A stretch of 64,000 nucleotides of DNA from Deltaproteobacteria bacterium (lineage in GTDB: Bacteria; Myxococcota; Kuafuiibacteriia; Kuafuiibacteriales; Kuafuiibacteriaceae): the NCBI GenBank assembly GCA_040218735.1, contig JAVJQW010000023.1, positions 704,001 to 768,000 on the forward strand, written 5' to 3'. Shown here piece by piece: positions 19,140-28,356 of the stretch; within the stretch, counting starts at the first letter, position 1; every line of letters begins with the position of its first letter. Position numbers and translations under genes: made by a program. Below the pieces are notes generated by a model, which saw only the letters and a program-made list of their open reading frames with translations, had not been told where the DNA came from and searched no databases.

Positions 19140-21307
19140 CAGTCGGCCCCTTCCAGGATCCACGCGCGGGCGCGGGCGAGGAGCGTGTCCACACCGGCGA
19201 GCGCATCACTCTGCTTCTGACGAACGACCTCGTCCGGCTCCACACCGAAGCCAGTCTCGAACGTCGTGCTCGTGTCGGTCAGGTCGGCGAGGAACACGGT
19301 GTCGTGCACCTGGAACGAGCCGCCGAACAGCTCCCCCGCGACGCGCGGCATCCGCGACAGCGGTCCGAACGCACCGTACGTCGGGACTGCACCGAAGATG
19401 CGCGTCTGTCCACCGGCGCGGCGCTTCAGTGCGTAGGGGAGGAAGTCGTTTCCGGAGACGTCGAGCCCGTTGACGATCGCGACGCGCGCCTCCGGGCGCG
19501 GCGTAGGCGCCACGCCGCCGAGCGTCATCGGAAGCACGAACGCGTTGCCGCACGACTGCCCGCCGAGGTTCTGGCAGTTCATGATCTGCTGCCGCGTCGC
19601 GTCGTCCAGCTCCGGTGCGAGGCGCGGGAGCACCATCGCGATCGGGTCTTCGTTCGCGCGCAGGAACGGCGCGAGCAGCGCGGCGACGCCCTCGAACGTT
19701 CCGCCTCCGCCGAAGCGCTCGTCGAGGATCACACCCTCGGGCACGCCGGTCAGCGCGTCGCGGACGCGGTTCATCCAGCGGTTGTCGCCGGAGACGCCGT
19801 TGATGACGATCGTACGAATCGCCTCCTCGGGATCGTCGACGTGGCCGACGAAGTCGTCGTCGCGCGGCGGGCGCGGCACCGCCTCGGTGAAGCGGTAGTC
19901 GCAGTTCATCTGCTGGAACCACCACGCAGGGCGCGCCCCCGTGAACAGGTCCGCGACGAGCGCCGCGCCGTCGATCTCGATCGTCTGGAGCTCCTCCGTC
20001 GTGCACGGCGTCGGCTGGGCGCACCGCGCGAAGGTGAGCGTCGAGCCGCCGCGGATCGCAGCCGGGAGCAGGTCCGGCGCGATGATGAACGAACGTCCGC
20101 GCTGATCACCGCCGTAGCGCAACAGGCGCTCGGCGCGCTCCGCCCAATCGTCGACCGCGATGCCGTCGATCGCGACGAGCACGTCACCCACCGCCAGCAT
20201 CTCGGAGACGGGGTGTCCCGGGAGCAGCCGCGACACCATCGGCGCGACCGGCGCGGCGGGCAGCAGATCGGCGTCGCTCTCGTACAGACACGCCGAAGCG
20301 CCGAGCCCCTGAAGGAAGCTGAGGAACGGCGTGCTGAGGTGACCGTCCGCGAGCTCGTCGTGCGCGCGTCGGAACGTCGCCCACAGCTCGGGGAGCGGGC
20401 GGTCCTTGGCGGCGTTCATCCGCGCCTCGAACGTGTCGATCTGCGCGCCGATGTACCGGCTCCCCGCGAACCGACGGAGCCGCTGCACCTGGTAGTCGAG
20501 GTACTCAGCGCGGATGCGCGCGTCGGAGGGCAGCGTCCCCTCGGCGATCGCGGCGTCCGCGCAGAAGCCGAAGAGGCAGACGCCCTCCGCGCCACACGTC
20601 GCGGCTTCGCCGGCCAGGTTACACGCGACGTCCGGCGCCGTTCGCGCTCCGACGTCGACGATCTCGAGCGCATCGATGCGGACCGACGCGCCGGGCGTGG
20701 GCGGGATGCCGAAGAACGCGTTGCCGAAGGTTCGGTCGTCGACGATCCGAAGCATCCGCGCGCGCACCGCGCCGTGCGCCGAGAAGTCGAAGGGCCCGGT
20801 GGACATCTCGACCCACCCGTCGTCCGTCGCGCGCCCCGTCGGCCAGAAGCGCACGGAGCCCACGGCGGCGAACGGCGCCTGCGGGTTGTCGAGGACCGCG
20901 CGCCCGCCGACTTCGATGAAGTAGATCTCGGCGACCGGCACGGTGCCCTCGGGGAGGTACCAGAAGCGAGCCTCGATGCGGCGGTCCCCCAACGTCGGCG
21001 CGAGGCCGTCGAGGAGGATGTCGATTCCGCCGACGTCGTCGTCGAGCAGCAGCGCGGCGTCACCTTCGATCGAATCGGCGGCGGAACCGACGAACGTCGG
21101 CGCGCGACCGAAAGCTTCGTTCAGGTTGTGGCCGAGGAGCTTGAAGTCGGGGAGCGCGTCGAGCGCGTCCGCGTCGTCGAGGCCGCTGACGAGCGCGCCT
21201 TCGAGCTCGACGCGTCCCGAGCCTGGTTGGAATCCGGCGAGCGCGGGTGATGCGAGCCACGTGAGGCTCGACACCGTTGCCACCAAGAGCGTGCGTTTGG
21301 CGATCAC
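19139..21307 (-). CDS. Secreted S41-like peptidase with a PDZ-like segment
   Basis: Signal peptide ending in PALA, DGH, GDVLVAIDG, ILDERFGGGG, VSGND, TYGAF and GVEPD. Start GTG 21307 was chosen because a sigma54 motif covers the longer start. Confidence 0.7.
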   Translation of the reverse strand: MIAKRTLLVATVSSLTWLASPALAGFQPGSGRVELEGALVSGLDDADALDALPDFKLLGHNLNEAFGRAPTFVGSAADSIEGDAALLLDDDVGGIDILLDGLAPTLGDRRIEARFWYLPEGTVPVAEIYFIEVGGRAVLDNPQAPFAAVGSVRFWPTGRATDDGWVEMSTGPFDFSAHGAVRARMLRIVDDRTFGNAFFGIPPTPGASVRIDALEIVDVGARTAPDVACNLAGEAATCGAEGVCLFGFCADAAIAEGTLPSDARIRAEYLDYQVQRLRRFAGSRYIGAQIDTFEARMNAAKDRPLPELWATFRRAHDELADGHLSTPFLSFLQGLGASACLYESDADLLPAAPVAPMVSRLLPGHPVSEMLAVGDVLVAIDGIAVDDWAERAERLLRYGGDQRGRSFIIAPDLLPAAIRGGSTLTFARCAQPTPCTTEELQTIEIDGAALVADLFTGARPAWWFQQMNCDYRFTEAVPRPPRDDDFVGHVDDPEEAIRTIVINGVSGDNRWMNRVRDALTGVPEGVILDERFGGGGTFEGVAALLAPFLRANEDPIAMVLPRLAPELDDATRQQIMNCQNLGGQSCGNAFVLPMTLGGVAPTPRPEARVAIVNGLDVSGNDFLPYALKRRAGGQTRIFGAVPTYGAFGPLSRMPRVAGELFGGSFQVHDTVFLADLTDTSTTFETGFGVEPDEVVRQKQSDALAGVDTLLARARAWILEGAD

Positions 21308-21320
21308 GTTACGTACGCAA

Positions 21321-21336
21321 CGCAACTCGTGTGCCA
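21321..21336 (-). promoter_or_regulatory. Putative sigma54 promoter of the S41 peptidase/lipoprotein pair
   Basis: Minus strand reads TGGCACACGAGTTGCG, close to the TGGCAC-N5-TTGC consensus. Confidence 0.75.
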
Positions 21337-21418
21337 CGGAGGACGTTCGTTTTCGAACACCGACGATCGACGGGTCCGTTCGTTTGCCGAGCCGAAGCCG
21401 AGCGACGCGCAGTAGCGC

Positions 21419-22597
21419 TCAGTCAGCGGTCGTCGCGGTCTGGGTCGGGAACCCTTCGACGACCTCGCCGAGCTTCGCGTAAAGATACCGCGCGACCTGG
21501 TCGTGGCCCTTCACGTCGTAGTGACCGTCGGCGAGGTAGTACTCGGCGAGATTGCCGTCGTAGAGATCGTGGAAGAGCGGCGTCGTGTCCACGAACGGGA
21601 GCCCCGCGCGCTCCGCCGTTTGCTCGAAGCGAACGGCGTCGGCGGGGCGGTCCTTGCGCTCGCAGAAGCCGGTGCCGCTGGAGGTGCACGACGCCTCGAC
21701 GTCGCCGCTCCCGGCGAGATAGACGAGCACGCCGCGGCGGTGCTTGGCGTCGAGCTTCTTCGCCACGTCCGCGAAGAGCAGATCGGCGACGGCGAACGGG
21801 TCGTAGTGTTTGCGAACGAACACGGTGTCGAGCGCGTCGCGCACGAGCTGGTAGCTGCGGAGGCTCCGCGGGAACGCGACGAGCTTGGTGAAGAACAACC
21901 CGTCGTGCCGGTGATACTGCCCGTAGTCGGGGACGGGGACGTTCGTCAGCTTCAACGCGCCGTCGACGATGCGGAAGCGTGGCTTCGGATTGATGACGTT
22001 GCGGGCGTCCGGGATCATGCGTTGGAAGTCGGAGTCGATGAACGCGAAGATCGCGAGGTCGTGTTCGAGCGGCTCGCCGTCGCGCCCGTACCAGAGCACC
22101 GACTGATCGACGCCCGCGGCGCCGACGCCCATGTTCACGGCCTCGATGCGGGGATCGATCTTCTCGAGCAGCGGACACCACCCCTCTTCGTCGCCGACGC
22201 CCGCGCCGAACGTGAACGAGTCACCGACGCAGATGATCCGGTAGCGGTCGGGAGCCTTCTCCACCGCGACGTCGCGCAATCCGCGGAAGCCTTGTGCATT
22301 GATGTGGAGGTGTTGGTTCGGACCGTAGAACTGCTCGCCGACGTAGCCGGGCGTATACGTCCAACCTACGAGCGGATCGACGCGCACGCGGTTGTCGGTG
22401 TCGACGCTGAGGAAGCTCCACCCGCGGCGGCGGATGAAGATCGCGTGCGCCACGATCTCCAACCCGATGACGACGAAGAGCGCGACGAACACAAACGACG
22501 CGAGCTTCACCTTCCAGGACGGGGTCGTCTTGCCGTCCTCCACGCACGCGATCGATACCACCGCGGGCGCCACGCGACGACCCTCGATTGACTGCAT
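21419..22597 (-). CDS. Membrane-anchored SGNH/GDSL hydrolase-family protein
   Basis: TM helix, INAQGFRG, GDSFTFG, VNMGVG and DGHY; start uncertain. Confidence 0.8.
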   Translation of the reverse strand: MQSIEGRRVAPAVVSIACVEDGKTTPSWKVKLASFVFVALFVVIGLEIVAHAIFIRRRGWSFLSVDTDNRVRVDPLVGWTYTPGYVGEQFYGPNQHLHINAQGFRGLRDVAVEKAPDRYRIICVGDSFTFGAGVGDEEGWCPLLEKIDPRIEAVNMGVGAAGVDQSVLWYGRDGEPLEHDLAIFAFIDSDFQRMIPDARNVINPKPRFRIVDGALKLTNVPVPDYGQYHRHDGLFFTKLVAFPRSLRSYQLVRDALDTVFVRKHYDPFAVADLLFADVAKKLDAKHRRGVLVYLAGSGDVEASCTSSGTGFCERKDRPADAVRFEQTAERAGLPFVDTTPLFHDLYDGNLAEYYLADGHYDVKGHDQVARYLYAKLGEVVEGFPTQTATTAD

Positions 22598-22618
22598 GGC
22601 CGCCGCCCCCTAGGTGTC

Positions 22619-23980
22619 ATGCGCATGGACGACGGCGCCGGACCGCGGGCGAGTCGAATCGCGAACCTGATCCTGACGGCAGGTCTGTTGGGTGGGATCG
22701 CCCTGGTCGTCGGCCCGATCCTGAGGTGGTCCCACTTCGGCGCGTACGTCGCCGAGCGCTGGATCGTGATCGGCGGGACAGGTGCCGTCCTCCACGCCGC
22801 CGCCCTCTTCGGGCCCAAGGCTTGGCGCAGCACCCTCGCCGTGGTGAGCGTGACGTTGGTGGCCTCGGCCTACCTGTTCGAAGTCGCGATCGCGTACGAC
22901 TGGATCGAGCCCGACGCGGCGCAGGACGCCGAAGAAGCCGCGTGGCGCGCGAGCGTGCCGAACTACGACACGCGGATGAAGCTCGAAGTGCTCGAGGACC
23001 TACGCGCGGAAGGGCAGGACGCCTGGCCGGACATCGGACAAGCCACCCTCTTCGGGGGCCTCGACGTCGACGGACGACGCCTCGTCCCGATCTCCGGCGT
23101 AGCGACGGCGACCACCGTCTACTGCAACGAGAGCGGACAGCGCACGGTCTACGTCGCCGACGAACACGGCTTCAACAACCCGCGCGGCCTCTACGACGGT
23201 GCGGCAGATGTCGTGATCGTAGGTGACTCGTTCGCGCACGGCGCGTGTGTCCCCCAGGGCGAGGACGTCGCGAGCCAGCTCCGTCGAGCGCGCCCCGACC
23301 TCGCGGTCGTCAACCTCGGGTATGGCGGAGCCGGGCCGCTCACGGTGCAAGCGACGCTCGCCGAGTACGCGCGCCGGCTGAAGCCGCGCGACGTCTTCTG
23401 GCTGTACTACTCGGGCAACGATCTGCGCGACACACAGCTCGAGCTCACCTCGGACGTCCTGACGCGTTACCTCGAGGACATCGACTTCACGCAGAACCTC
23501 TGGGACGCACGCGCCGGCTTCGACCCGGTGCTCCGTGCGTTCATCGACGCCAAGGAAGCGGAGCGACGGGCCGCGGGGGCGTACGTGCCGCCGCCGGTTC
23601 CGCTCGGACCGACGCTGAAGCTGCAGCAGGTGCGGCGGCTGTTCGGGCTGAAGCCGTTCCCGGATCCGCAGGGGCCGTTCGCTCGCGCGGCCGCGCAGAC
23701 CAAGGCGCGGGTCGAGCGATGGGGCGGACGCCTCCACTTCGTCTACGTGTGGAACTGGCCGCACGAACCCACCGGCGAGCGGTACCGCAAGGCGGAGGTG
23801 CTGGAGATCGTTCGAGGCTTGGGCATCCCCGTGATCGACACGGCCGCGGTCCTCGCGGACGCGACGACGCAGTACTACCCCTCGCGGTTCGGCGGGCACC
23901 TCTCGCCGAAGGGGTACCGCGCGCTCGCGGAGGCGATGGCGAGGGCGCTCCCGGCCTCCGATCCCGGGGCTTCCCCTTGA
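22619..23980 (+). CDS. Membrane-anchored SGNH hydrolase / AlgX-AlgJ-like protein
   Basis: Three N-terminal TM segments, DEHGFNN, GDSFAHG, NLGYGG, GNDL and GHLSPKGY. Confidence 0.8.
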   Translation: MRMDDGAGPRASRIANLILTAGLLGGIALVVGPILRWSHFGAYVAERWIVIGGTGAVLHAAALFGPKAWRSTLAVVSVTLVASAYLFEVAIAYDWIEPDAAQDAEEAAWRASVPNYDTRMKLEVLEDLRAEGQDAWPDIGQATLFGGLDVDGRRLVPISGVATATTVYCNESGQRTVYVADEHGFNNPRGLYDGAADVVIVGDSFAHGACVPQGEDVASQLRRARPDLAVVNLGYGGAGPLTVQATLAEYARRLKPRDVFWLYYSGNDLRDTQLELTSDVLTRYLEDIDFTQNLWDARAGFDPVLRAFIDAKEAERRAAGAYVPPPVPLGPTLKLQQVRRLFGLKPFPDPQGPFARAAAQTKARVERWGGRLHFVYVWNWPHEPTGERYRKAEVLEIVRGLGIPVIDTAAVLADATTQYYPSRFGGHLSPKGYRALAEAMARALPASDPGASP

Positions 23981-24047
23981 TCCTACGCGCAATCTTTCGT
24001 CGCACCGAGCCCACACAAACGGTTGATCTCTTTCTCTTGAATCAATA

Positions 24048-24437
24048 ATGTCGCCAAACATGAAATCGATGTCTTCCATCCTGACTCTCGCACTGGCGGG
24101 GCTCGCTCTCGTCGCGTGCGAAGGGGCGCCGGTCGGCGAGCCGACCGCGGAGGAGACGCTTCGGAGCGTCGACGTCCCTGAAGACTTCGACTTCGCCACG
24201 ACGAAGTCGCTCTACGTCCTCGTCTCCACGGCCGACGCCGGGCGCGTCGAGGTGATCGACGCACGCGGCCGCACCCGGTTTCAGGGGCCGGCGCTCACCG
24301 AGCGACCGACGGTCGTAAGCCTGAGCGTGCCGAGCGCCGACGACCACGTGCGGCTCCGGCTGACGAACGGGCGCGGCGTCGAGCGCATCGCCGTCGCGCA
24401 GATCGTCGACGACGTCGCCGAGTTCCGCTTCGACTGA
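24048..24437 (+). CDS. Small lipoprotein, paralogue of 41015..41398
   Basis: Lipobox LALVAC. VDVPEDFDFATTKS and terminal AEF match the 41015 protein. The true start may be 24060 or 24069. Confidence 0.75.
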   Translation: MSPNMKSMSSILTLALAGLALVACEGAPVGEPTAEETLRSVDVPEDFDFATTKSLYVLVSTADAGRVEVIDARGRTRFQGPALTERPTVVSLSVPSADDHVRLRLTNGRGVERIAVAQIVDDVAEFRFD

Positions 24438-24470
24438 TCAGCGCACCTGATCAGCGCACCTGATCAGCGC
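24434..24470. repeat. 13-bp tandem repeat (CTGATCAGCGCAC, about 2.8 copies) between convergent genes
   Basis: Sequence reads ctgatcagcgcac ctgatcagcgcac ctgatcagcgc. Confidence 0.85.
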
Positions 24471-26080
24471 GATCGGCCGACGTCGACCGTCATCGACACG
24501 GACACGTCGCCCGTCGCGACGCGCGCTTCGAGGCGCGCGCCGTGCTCTGCCCACCACGCCGCCGCGTCGTTCGGCGTCCACGTTCCGGTCTCATCCGCAC
24601 AACCATCGATCGCCTTCGCGAGCTCGAAGGCGGAAGCCGGACGATCCTCGGGCGCCTTCGCCAAGCACTGCATCAACAGCGCCTCGAGCGTCGGGGACAG
24701 CGGGGCGTCGCGGTGCTTCGAGATCGGATCCGGCGTCTTGTGCAGGTGGTCGCTGCAGACCTGAACGACGCTGTCGCCCGGGAACACCGGTCGCCCCGTG
24801 AGCAGGAAGTAAGCGACGGCTCCGACCGCGTACAGATCACTTCGCGCGTCGACTTCGTCCGGTGAGCGGATCGTCTCGGGCGACATGTACTGCGGCGTGC
24901 CGCTGATTACGTTGGTCTGCGTGAGGCTCACGCCGCCATGCGTCTGGATCTCCTTCACCAGGCCGAAGTCCAACAGCGTCACGTGATCGTTCGCGCCGCC
25001 GAAGCGGTGCGGCAGCGAGACCATGATGTTACCGGGTTTGATGTCGCGGTGGATCAAGCCGACGCCGTGCGCCTCGATCAACGCGCCGCAGATCTGTAGC
25101 AGCAAGTGACGCACGCGCGCCTGGGGTTGCGGTCCGCCGACCCGGACGATGCGATCGATGTCGGCGCCCGCGAGCAGCTCCATCGCGTAGTAGAAGACGC
25201 CGTCCGAGGTGTGGCCGTAGTCGAAGATGGTGACGGTGTTCGGGTGCGCGAGCTTGGCCGTCAGCTGCACCTCGTTCTCGAACCGCTTCAGCGCCTTCTC
25301 CCCCGCGCGCTCCGGACGGAGCAGCTTCACCGCGGTGGGGCGCCGAAGGAAGGCGTGATGCGCGCGGTAGACCTCACCCATCCCGCCCTCCCCGAGCTTG
25401 GCTTCGAGGCGGTACTGCCCGAGCTGAAGCGCGTCGCGCACCTTGCGGCGCAGGCCGTAGATGACCCACGACGCCGACGTGGCGATGGCGGCGGTGAGGA
25501 GCCACCAGACCCCCTGGGTGATCGTCAGCCAGAGCGCGATCGTGTGACCGTCCTCTTGGAAGTTTTGGGGGTCGATCGCGGACCACCTCGCAGCGTCGAT
25601 CTTCGAGAAGGCGATGTAGTTGCCGATCAGCATCGCAGCGCCGATGGCCACCGACAACGCGAGCGTCCGCCGACCGGAGCTGGGCACGAACACCGAGCGC
25701 GCCAGCAACGCGTACGTCAGGGCGACCAGCACGATCATGTCCGGCCGCGCGATGAGGGGGATGAACGTACCCATCGCGATCAGCGCGATGCTCCCGGTGA
25801 GGACCCCCGTCGTCTCCAGCCGACGGAGCCCTGTCATCGACAGGTCGGTGTGTCGCGCGATGGCCCAGACGACCAGGAAGTTGAGCGAGGCGGCGCCGTG
25901 GAGCGGGTAGGAGAGGTTGGTGATCTCCGGCCAGGCCTCGACGAGGATGATGATGATCGTGCGGTAGAGGAAAAACGCACCGATCAGCGCCGTCGAGACG
26001 AGCGCGGCGAGCTCCACCCGCCGCTTCAGGAACGCCCGTTCCTCGTCGGTCGACGAGGTCTCGATCCCCGGGGCGCTCAA
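24464..26080 (-). CDS. Multi-TM Ser/Thr protein kinase
   Basis: About six N-terminal TM helices, then LGEGGMGEVY, AVK, HRDIKPGN, DFG and GTPQYMSPE. Confidence 0.92.
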   Translation of the reverse strand: MSAPGIETSSTDEERAFLKRRVELAALVSTALIGAFFLYRTIIIILVEAWPEITNLSYPLHGAASLNFLVVWAIARHTDLSMTGLRRLETTGVLTGSIALIAMGTFIPLIARPDMIVLVALTYALLARSVFVPSSGRRTLALSVAIGAAMLIGNYIAFSKIDAARWSAIDPQNFQEDGHTIALWLTITQGVWWLLTAAIATSASWVIYGLRRKVRDALQLGQYRLEAKLGEGGMGEVYRAHHAFLRRPTAVKLLRPERAGEKALKRFENEVQLTAKLAHPNTVTIFDYGHTSDGVFYYAMELLAGADIDRIVRVGGPQPQARVRHLLLQICGALIEAHGVGLIHRDIKPGNIMVSLPHRFGGANDHVTLLDFGLVKEIQTHGGVSLTQTNVISGTPQYMSPETIRSPDEVDARSDLYAVGAVAYFLLTGRPVFPGDSVVQVCSDHLHKTPDPISKHRDAPLSPTLEALLMQCLAKAPEDRPASAFELAKAIDGCADETGTWTPNDAAAWWAEHGARLEARVATGDVSVSMTVDVGRSR

Positions 26081-26101
26081 GACGAGGCGTAGTTAACGCC
26101 C

Positions 26102-28294
26102 CTAACCCTGCCCATCAAGCTCGCTGCGATCGAACGTGATCGCGCTCGCCGATTTCCTCAGATCGGAGGCCGCGGCGTGTTTGGGACGCTGCGCCACCCG
26201 CTGGGGTGCAAACGCAGTTCGCTCGAAGAGGCGCGCCGCGAGGTCCGGCGGGAGCACGTTCTCGAGGTATTCGAGCGCCGTGCCGCGTAGGCGTTTGTCG
26301 TCGCCCTCCAGCGCCCCGAGCGCGAGGCGAACGACGTCGTGCTCCAGCGCGAGCCCGAGCACTTCGAATACGAGGCCGAGCGCCCGGTGGACGCCGGTGC
26401 GCGTCGGTGGGTCGCTGCGGAGCCGTGCGCGGCGCCTCCACGTGGCGTCGTCCACCTCGAGCTCCGCCCTCGCCTGCGCGAAGGCTCGTGACTCGTCGTA
26501 CGGGATGGCCACGCCGCGCTCGACCAACATCCCGAGCGCGCGCGCGGAGAAGTAGCGCACGTCGAAGTCGTCGTCGCTCAGCCCGCGGACCAGCACGTCG
26601 GCGACGCGGGTGTCGTCGGAGGCGCGAAGGATCCGAGGGAGCCTCCGACGCATCTGCAGCGGCGCCTCCTTGTCGAGGAACGCGTCGGTGAGTTGACCTG
26701 CGATGTGATCGACGCGCGCCTCGAGCGCGCTGCTGACGGCGGCGACGAGGGCGCTGTCCGAACGGGCGAGGAGCGGCGCGAGGAACGGGACGAGCTTCGG
26801 GTCGAGGTCCGCCTCCAGCAGCGCTCGGATCTGCTCTGGCGACCCGTGCGCGATCGTACGAATCGCGGCGCACCAGCGCTCGGATTCTCCGTCGTCCACC
26901 ACGCGGCGTACGGCCTCTTCGACCACCGCGGCCGGTTGGCTGCCCGTGCTCCCGGTGACGTCGCGCAGCGCTTCGATCTCCGCGAGGAGGCGATCGCGAT
27001 CGAGGGCCATCGTCGTGGACGCGAGCGTCTGGCGGGTGGTGGCGTCGACGACGTCCTTTTCGTCGAGCGCGACGACGCCGGACTGGAGGCTGTGTGCGAG
27101 CTCGCTGACGTAGCCGCGATGCAGCCCCAGGCAGAGCGCAAGCGCGGTTGCAGCGAGCACAGCGGCGAGGAGGATCACCGCGAGGTTCACGGGGAGCGCG
27201 ACGGCGACGAGCACGATGATCACGCCGCTGCCGATCATGCTCCCTAGGCGCCCGAGCGCGACGTCGATCACCACCTTGATCGGTCGCTTCACTGCGGGAT
27301 CGACCGGCGTGTAGAGGAGCTCGTACGCGGAGCGGAAGACGGAGTTCGCCACGACCGACTGCACGCCGGTCGCGAGCGCGATCGTCCACAGCTCGAAGTG
27401 GAGCGCCGCACCGATCGAAGTGCCGATGACCAACGCCGGGCCGAGCGCGAGTGTGCCGCCGAGGCCGAGTTTGTCGAGGCTCTTGTTCGCGAAGCCGACC
27501 TGGACCACGAACGTCACGAACGCCGCCGCGGTGTAGAAGATCGCGAAGAACGACACGAGGCCGCGCTCGTCGGCGTGGACCTCGGCGGCCTTCGCCTTCA
27601 GCGCGTACTCCAGGAACACCTCCAGGAGCGCCACCGAGACGACGACCGCCGCGACCGCGCGCAGATACCGACTGCGGGAGAGCGGTCGAAAGCCCTCGAC
27701 GAAGCTCGCCGCCGCGCGGGTCATCGAGTCGACGCCGTGTGCGATGCGCGCGACGCCGATCGCGCCGCCGATGTTCGCGACGGCGAGCAGGAGGAGGATG
27801 TGCCGAGGGTCGAGCCACACGCCGACGCGCTCCGCAGCGAGGCCCCCTACCAGGCCACCGAGGGTCGCGCCGGTCGTGATGCGCGCGACGGCGAGCTTGG
27901 CGGTGTGGGGATCGAAGCGTTCGTTGACGACCGACCAGAAGCCGCTGATCACCACGCCGCCGACCGCGGCGGTGTGCAGGTAGATCGCGGCGGCGACGAC
28001 CCCGGGGAACTGCGGCGCGAGTACCCACTCGACGCCGAAGAGCACGCCGTTCAAGGCAAACGCCGCCGGCACGAGACGGCGGGGACCGACGCGCGCCATC
28101 AGACGTGACGTCGCGAGCACGGCGAGGAGCGAGAGCAGCGCCCCGGCGACGACGGCGCGCGGCAGATAGGTCGCGGGGAAGCTCGAGAGGAACAGCGCGT
28201 CGCGCGCGACCTTCCCGGCCACCTGCTGGGCGATCATGGTCCCGGCGACCGCGGAAGCCCCGAGCAGCGGTCCCTTGGCATCGTCCGTCGTCAC
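26102..28294 (-). CDS. NTT/MFS-like transporter fused to HEAT repeats
   Basis: KVARDALFL, FWSVVNERFD and ELLYTPV motifs, about 12 TMs, and a helical repeat C-terminus (RGTALEYLEN). Start is 28294 or 28339. Confidence 0.75.
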   Translation of the reverse strand: MTTDDAKGPLLGASAVAGTMIAQQVAGKVARDALFLSSFPATYLPRAVVAGALLSLLAVLATSRLMARVGPRRLVPAAFALNGVLFGVEWVLAPQFPGVVAAAIYLHTAAVGGVVISGFWSVVNERFDPHTAKLAVARITTGATLGGLVGGLAAERVGVWLDPRHILLLLAVANIGGAIGVARIAHGVDSMTRAAASFVEGFRPLSRSRYLRAVAAVVVSVALLEVFLEYALKAKAAEVHADERGLVSFFAIFYTAAAFVTFVVQVGFANKSLDKLGLGGTLALGPALVIGTSIGAALHFELWTIALATGVQSVVANSVFRSAYELLYTPVDPAVKRPIKVVIDVALGRLGSMIGSGVIIVLVAVALPVNLAVILLAAVLAATALALCLGLHRGYVSELAHSLQSGVVALDEKDVVDATTRQTLASTTMALDRDRLLAEIEALRDVTGSTGSQPAAVVEEAVRRVVDDGESERWCAAIRTIAHGSPEQIRALLEADLDPKLVPFLAPLLARSDSALVAAVSSALEARVDHIAGQLTDAFLDKEAPLQMRRRLPRILRASDDTRVADVLVRGLSDDDFDVRYFSARALGMLVERGVAIPYDESRAFAQARAELEVDDATWRRRARLRSDPPTRTGVHRALGLVFEVLGLALEHDVVRLALGALEGDDKRLRGTALEYLENVLPPDLAARLFERTAFAPQRVAQRPKHAAASDLRKSASAITFDRSELDGQG

Positions 28295-28356
28295 CGGCGT
28301 CGGGCGCAACGTGCCACGGCGCGACGCCGCGGGCCACACGTGAGAGTCTTCGGGCC

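Noticed and set aside
28301-28316. TGGCACG on the minus strand as a sigma54 promoter
   Set aside because: There is no GC at the required GG-N10-GC spacing.
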